Shown here one piece after another: positions 63,101 to 64,000 of a stretch of 64,000 bases of DNA. The stretch spans positions 93,667 through 157,666 of the forward strand of contig CANRDC010000001.1 in the NCBI GenBank assembly GCA_947629245.1. The letters are read 5' to 3'. The translations under genes and the position numbers were made by a program. The DNA comes from an uncultured Oscillospiraceae bacterium. Its GTDB lineage: Bacteria; Bacillota; Clostridia; Oscillospirales; Oscillospiraceae. Below the pieces are notes generated by a model, which made no database searches, was not told where the DNA came from, and was given only the letters and a program-made list of their open reading frames with translations. Within the stretch, counting starts at the first letter, position 1, and each line of letters starts with the position of its first letter.

Positions 63101-63361
63101 TCTTCTCGTCGTGGTTTGTTCGGGCGCGGTCGTTCTCGTACTGAGGACGCTTACTCTGCTTATGGTCATGGAATGTCCTATGACGAAGCTGCTTCTTATC
63201 GTGATAGCGACAGCCATATGCCTAACTTCTTGCGTCGCGCAACTCCGGAAGAACGTGCCGCCAGGCGTGAAGAGCGCCGTGTTCAGCATGAAACTAATCG
63301 ACGTAGAAATCGTGCAGCTCGTAATGTTGAATACGGAGACTACGATAGTCAGGACCTTTGA
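57125..63361 (+). CDS. Giant envelope protein (2078 aa): signal peptide, large extracytoplasmic region with an SGNH-like segment, VirB6/TcpH/ConG-like polytopic C-terminal region, basic tail
   Basis: Signal peptide MKQIFKRVTCICLVALMLSTLAVNAFA. Two TM helices around FYLLIVIVLLIIVAI/LIYVCFIGLLCLCGF. A ~380-aa loop, then at least four TM helices (FFGVLFIFFITIFATVFVFVMTYLVPILYAMFGAIIVL ... LGCALIIFLCDYMMFWVCLSV). Arg-rich C-terminus. Confidence 0.6.
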   Translation: MKQIFKRVTCICLVALMLSTLAVNAFAASTLWKWDKQGKNVTGSGIQTMFMHGNWIDVTTAGKQTVDYAKYADVLLGQMNSFKATIDSSTDEEQLVTAYLKYLVALCWLDFNILSPLDGANASSGEDATGNYFLSASGNSLPESGVPIATYKDVNDTMATAIQQYNEICNTLKGKKWSDTTDYMAGTYSLKEYFSKDNTIEVENWTTDEVTGEAYYDTTPRRTAYIRANNLLNAYVRNGSAVALAKTIPLGDQTEAGLAALLGGALTPSNVLDWLEEDLKSKAKENGEKPTSDVITNSDSYIVGDMPIFDMAMNNYWTNLSDIIKEIHGSDTASQTNYEVGDIGDKHFEYVDSETNGTLTWNEWNANQYISLEVPVSGESPGLYGTIQGPSYDGHKDGDTWAVTTAMKNAAKAIHEADEKDGVTNRVHNIYIMFGNSQFFRYFNDTGEGTLFNGIGNTEFSVSEANEKYLENIESYARHLFSAISSIIDEFEGENCRIYVCSLLPGITDETEYTVGINKIKVSGKRTISITVDSSDTEDFTKTHAEAVADLNAELEELIGYASGWANVTWFPMDKLVVTNGQQKQEVSSPLVAGSSNELNTTLLNPLREIGSEGVYTAINDLPFNNSASHWYDNYVHSLSLNKSGTDAIIEMLGINKKIDWDLNGSMNGFNNSDLQDLYNASKDKLLPRLRAYSNVRTYYEQLFMNGYASVKNSDGQEWRAYQFYDPEMYNLFNMGDLVNSLYDITFGQHSDMANGSLLSSGANDFTSNLPQDLNKSVLEIIANAKLDKGDIVWDEGEHSMTELGYIFLCAGVCYDPFNSTAGNETYLNLVLDRFSGQNGSEEQNEKVKALLQEAIQKKKPLYVTEGSKSSWTNEEDLFEIPVANYRIAFLSDVFQEKSSTVKAYAVVSGEMNPSAVDSSTWEYKSGGAEASTTGSATGTTDTTGATADTPTIQNNSSSAAQGSNVVAGTQLTAAGAEMSRPVLLTAGAKEGWMKGNWGAMQEGYAANVGGLTEIILHNARQDAKNNKHLQSADSEMLFLNGLGDIILSDNTIVLPAIANPIIYEYSGIQYDTYNSAIRFYTPETDYQSVSVLGGSGSGNPIVQGPNDSLFTAEDEASKIYDDTKGYYPYSAAFMNHYPSAIINMEGDLALSNKNDEGKYVITINTRGAVLARRIQSVSNRSVATLYYRGGGVTVPNIQALSFCVADNIDYLGNVIPFRSGSDKGDNWTNAAESTMYMTKDTPFNSNEQPFFPLIEPDAEQMEDFIMLASPLMTSAYRFLTGRTVETANKARDTFNMEHYVEMCGEGLLGTQYADTLIKNYKVSYDDMVDDTQGRFTRWLTQLTTSTVDTIGKIDGVLAIKNGYENTFFNLIVQFIQEFYLLIVIVLLIIVAIKFLRGHYNLIYVCFIGLLCLCGFEVYANWMPTIVPGAYNFAVNDAVEQIAWNTVAYNAESYTETYKDSDRKDATTGALKPYTATITLYKMSQDDMETVAARIGTTYESIKKGEVYYLDEAAGVFVQGDCIKMSVDKLLVNNSIRGMYYSQWKAQGTNITGSSEFIQPAVATYTDNPYLLELEEPYVSLEAYYIPFNEFERAFLANLNTFTQFFRLERNQFSYDRGLYKDAFVFNCFTNSGIFTAPGDRRVLLQNLAVGTLDTSRIQDTDMFLDEIEEYFMPEADWLNLDMVFEHPSVNMQDSLWGKTLQDRGWYDADWNITVNGRKELGELIGYINNMTKQFIIDNLDQLNFCSDENAIKLTTLYATTCFTHYVSEFGNWLYPNYLNAADMELKDVMYGSMTTLRDRNFAYDGTVVNTVALNLGFFGVLFIFFITIFATVFVFVMTYLVPILYAMFGAIIVLKLVLSKDGFGMVQGYIKVTLVTAILYFIFSLSLRLVEVGGYAWYGYLGCALIIFLCDYMMFWVCLSVVQNAGEMGNDVLGRNLLHGLDKLTHGAVSKLGVDRMFANRQSAKYGNGGAMPVPYQYGRHYNVDHYDPSRSSRRGLFGRGRSRTEDAYSAYGHGMSYDEAASYRDSDSHMPNFLRRATPEERAARREERRVQHETNRRRNRAARNVEYGDYDSQDL

Positions 63362-63429
63362 TACTGCGTTTTAGGCAGGCGGCATTAAAACTCGCATCGT
63401 AGTTCAGAAGGCGAATTAAGACTCGATTT

Positions 63430-63470
63430 GGGCCACTCAGCTTTCATTGCTGAGTGGCCCTTTTCTTTCT
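63430..63470 (+). terminator. Rho-independent terminator
   Basis: GGGCCACTCAG-ctttcattg-CTGAGTGGCCC followed by TTTTCTTTCT. Confidence 0.8.
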
Positions 63471-63504
63471 CTTGCAAAACTATTCAAGGAGTGAGGTGAG
63501 CCAG

Positions 63505-64000
63505 ATGCCTAATATGTACAGTGACTCCGATGACATTTCCTATACCCCATCGACGGAACCTGAAGATGAACGAATGGAAACTCTCGTGTTTCCGCTTAAT
63601 GTTCATGAGTCTATTAAGGCTTCTGGTGGCCTCAAGAAGTCTGAGAAGACAGGTATCATAATATCTTTCTGGATATTCGGATGCGCCATTCTCGCTTACT
63701 TCATGATTAGTTGGCTTAGACCTGTCGTGCCTGGCCACTATATTCTAATAACTGTAGTTGTCGAAATTCTACTTCAGCTGACTGTCGGCATGTACCTGCT
63801 TCGTTTCCTACTCGACGAAAAGTCTATGATGAACGAGGTAGGAAATAAGGAGACAAGCTTCGCAGAGTTTTTCAGAATTTACAAGGAGCGCCTTGCTGCC
63901 GAGGGAACGTATCCATTCGACTTACTTGAGATGAATGACGGCAGTTACGCCGTGTTCATTGAATGTCGCCTCGGTCACAATACTAACACCCGGTCGGAGA
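63505..64000 (+). CDS. Membrane protein, 5' partial (runs off the window): TM hairpin then a soluble region; possible VirB3-VirB4-type T4SS component
   Basis: ATG 63505 follows GGAGTGAGGTGAG and the frame is open to the window end. TM helices IIISFWIFGCAILAYFMISWL and ILITVVVEILLQLTVGMYLL. Then ...DLLEMNDGSYAVFIECRLGHNT, which resembles VirB4 N-terminal regions. This ORF is not in the supplied track because it has no stop. Confidence 0.4.
   Translation, partial: MPNMYSDSDDISYTPSTEPEDERMETLVFPLNVHESIKASGGLKKSEKTGIIISFWIFGCAILAYFMISWLRPVVPGHYILITVVVEILLQLTVGMYLLRFLLDEKSMMNEVGNKETSFAEFFRIYKERLAAEGTYPFDLLEMNDGSYAVFIECRLGHNTNTRSE

Noticed and set aside
1-64000. Search for tRNA/tmRNA, rRNA, integrase or attachment sites, capsid, portal or terminase genes, and evidence of stop-codon reassignment.
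   Set aside because: I saw no cloverleaf-compatible T-loop (GTTCRANYC with an acceptor stem). I recognised no terminase-type Walker A plus nuclease ORF. Long uninterrupted ORFs under the standard code give no reason to invoke recoding. These absences are by eye only and should be rechecked with tRNAscan-SE and HMM searches.

Overview
All credible genes lie on the + strand, about 55 tightly packed or overlapping ORFs, most with strong AGGAGG-type Shine-Dalgarno sites. That usage argues against a Bacteroidota host and is compatible with Bacillota. I found no host housekeeping genes, rRNA, tRNA or CRISPR array. The window reads as an internal stretch of a large mobile element (giant plasmid, phage-plasmid or jumbo-phage-like), but I recognise no capsid, portal or terminase gene, so the element class stays open.

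Gene order as I read it:
- 0.4-6.8 kb: an array of small paralogous genes built from a repeated ~55-aa module, interrupted by a TPM-domain membrane protein and a clear PspA/IM30 gene.
- 6.8-9.7 kb: a 939-aa orphan.
- 10.0-12.8 kb: an FtsK/SpoIIIE-type ATPase gene split just upstream of its P-loop by a ~670-nt ORF-less group II intron with a textbook domain V.
- 12.9-34 kb: a replication and recombination block. It holds a family A DNA polymerase, a DnaG-type Toprim primase, four orphans, a codon-optimised protein with an acidic tail, Rad50/SbcC encoded as two half-genes flanking Mre11/SbcD, a UvrD-like helicase and a RecJ-like DHH exonuclease.
- 34-39 kb: a GspE/PilB-type ATPase with a deviant P-loop, next to PilN/PilO-like bitopic proteins, with no pilin or platform gene.
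- 40.7-43 kb: a GNAT acetyltransferase, a ParM-like actin and a small RHH-like protein.
- 43.8-49.4 kb: a FEN/5'-3' exonuclease, a 197-aa protein resembling the RNA polymerase alpha N-terminal domain, a codon-optimised 458-aa unknown, a 400-bp structured spacer bounded by an exact 11-bp direct repeat, and a clamp-loader AAA+ gene.
- 49.8-64 kb: an envelope module with two giant signal-peptide and TM proteins (1919 and 2078 aa), polytopic membrane proteins and the start of a VirB3/VirB4-like gene.

All functional calls come from motifs read by eye. No database search was possible, so every call needs HMM or structure confirmation.
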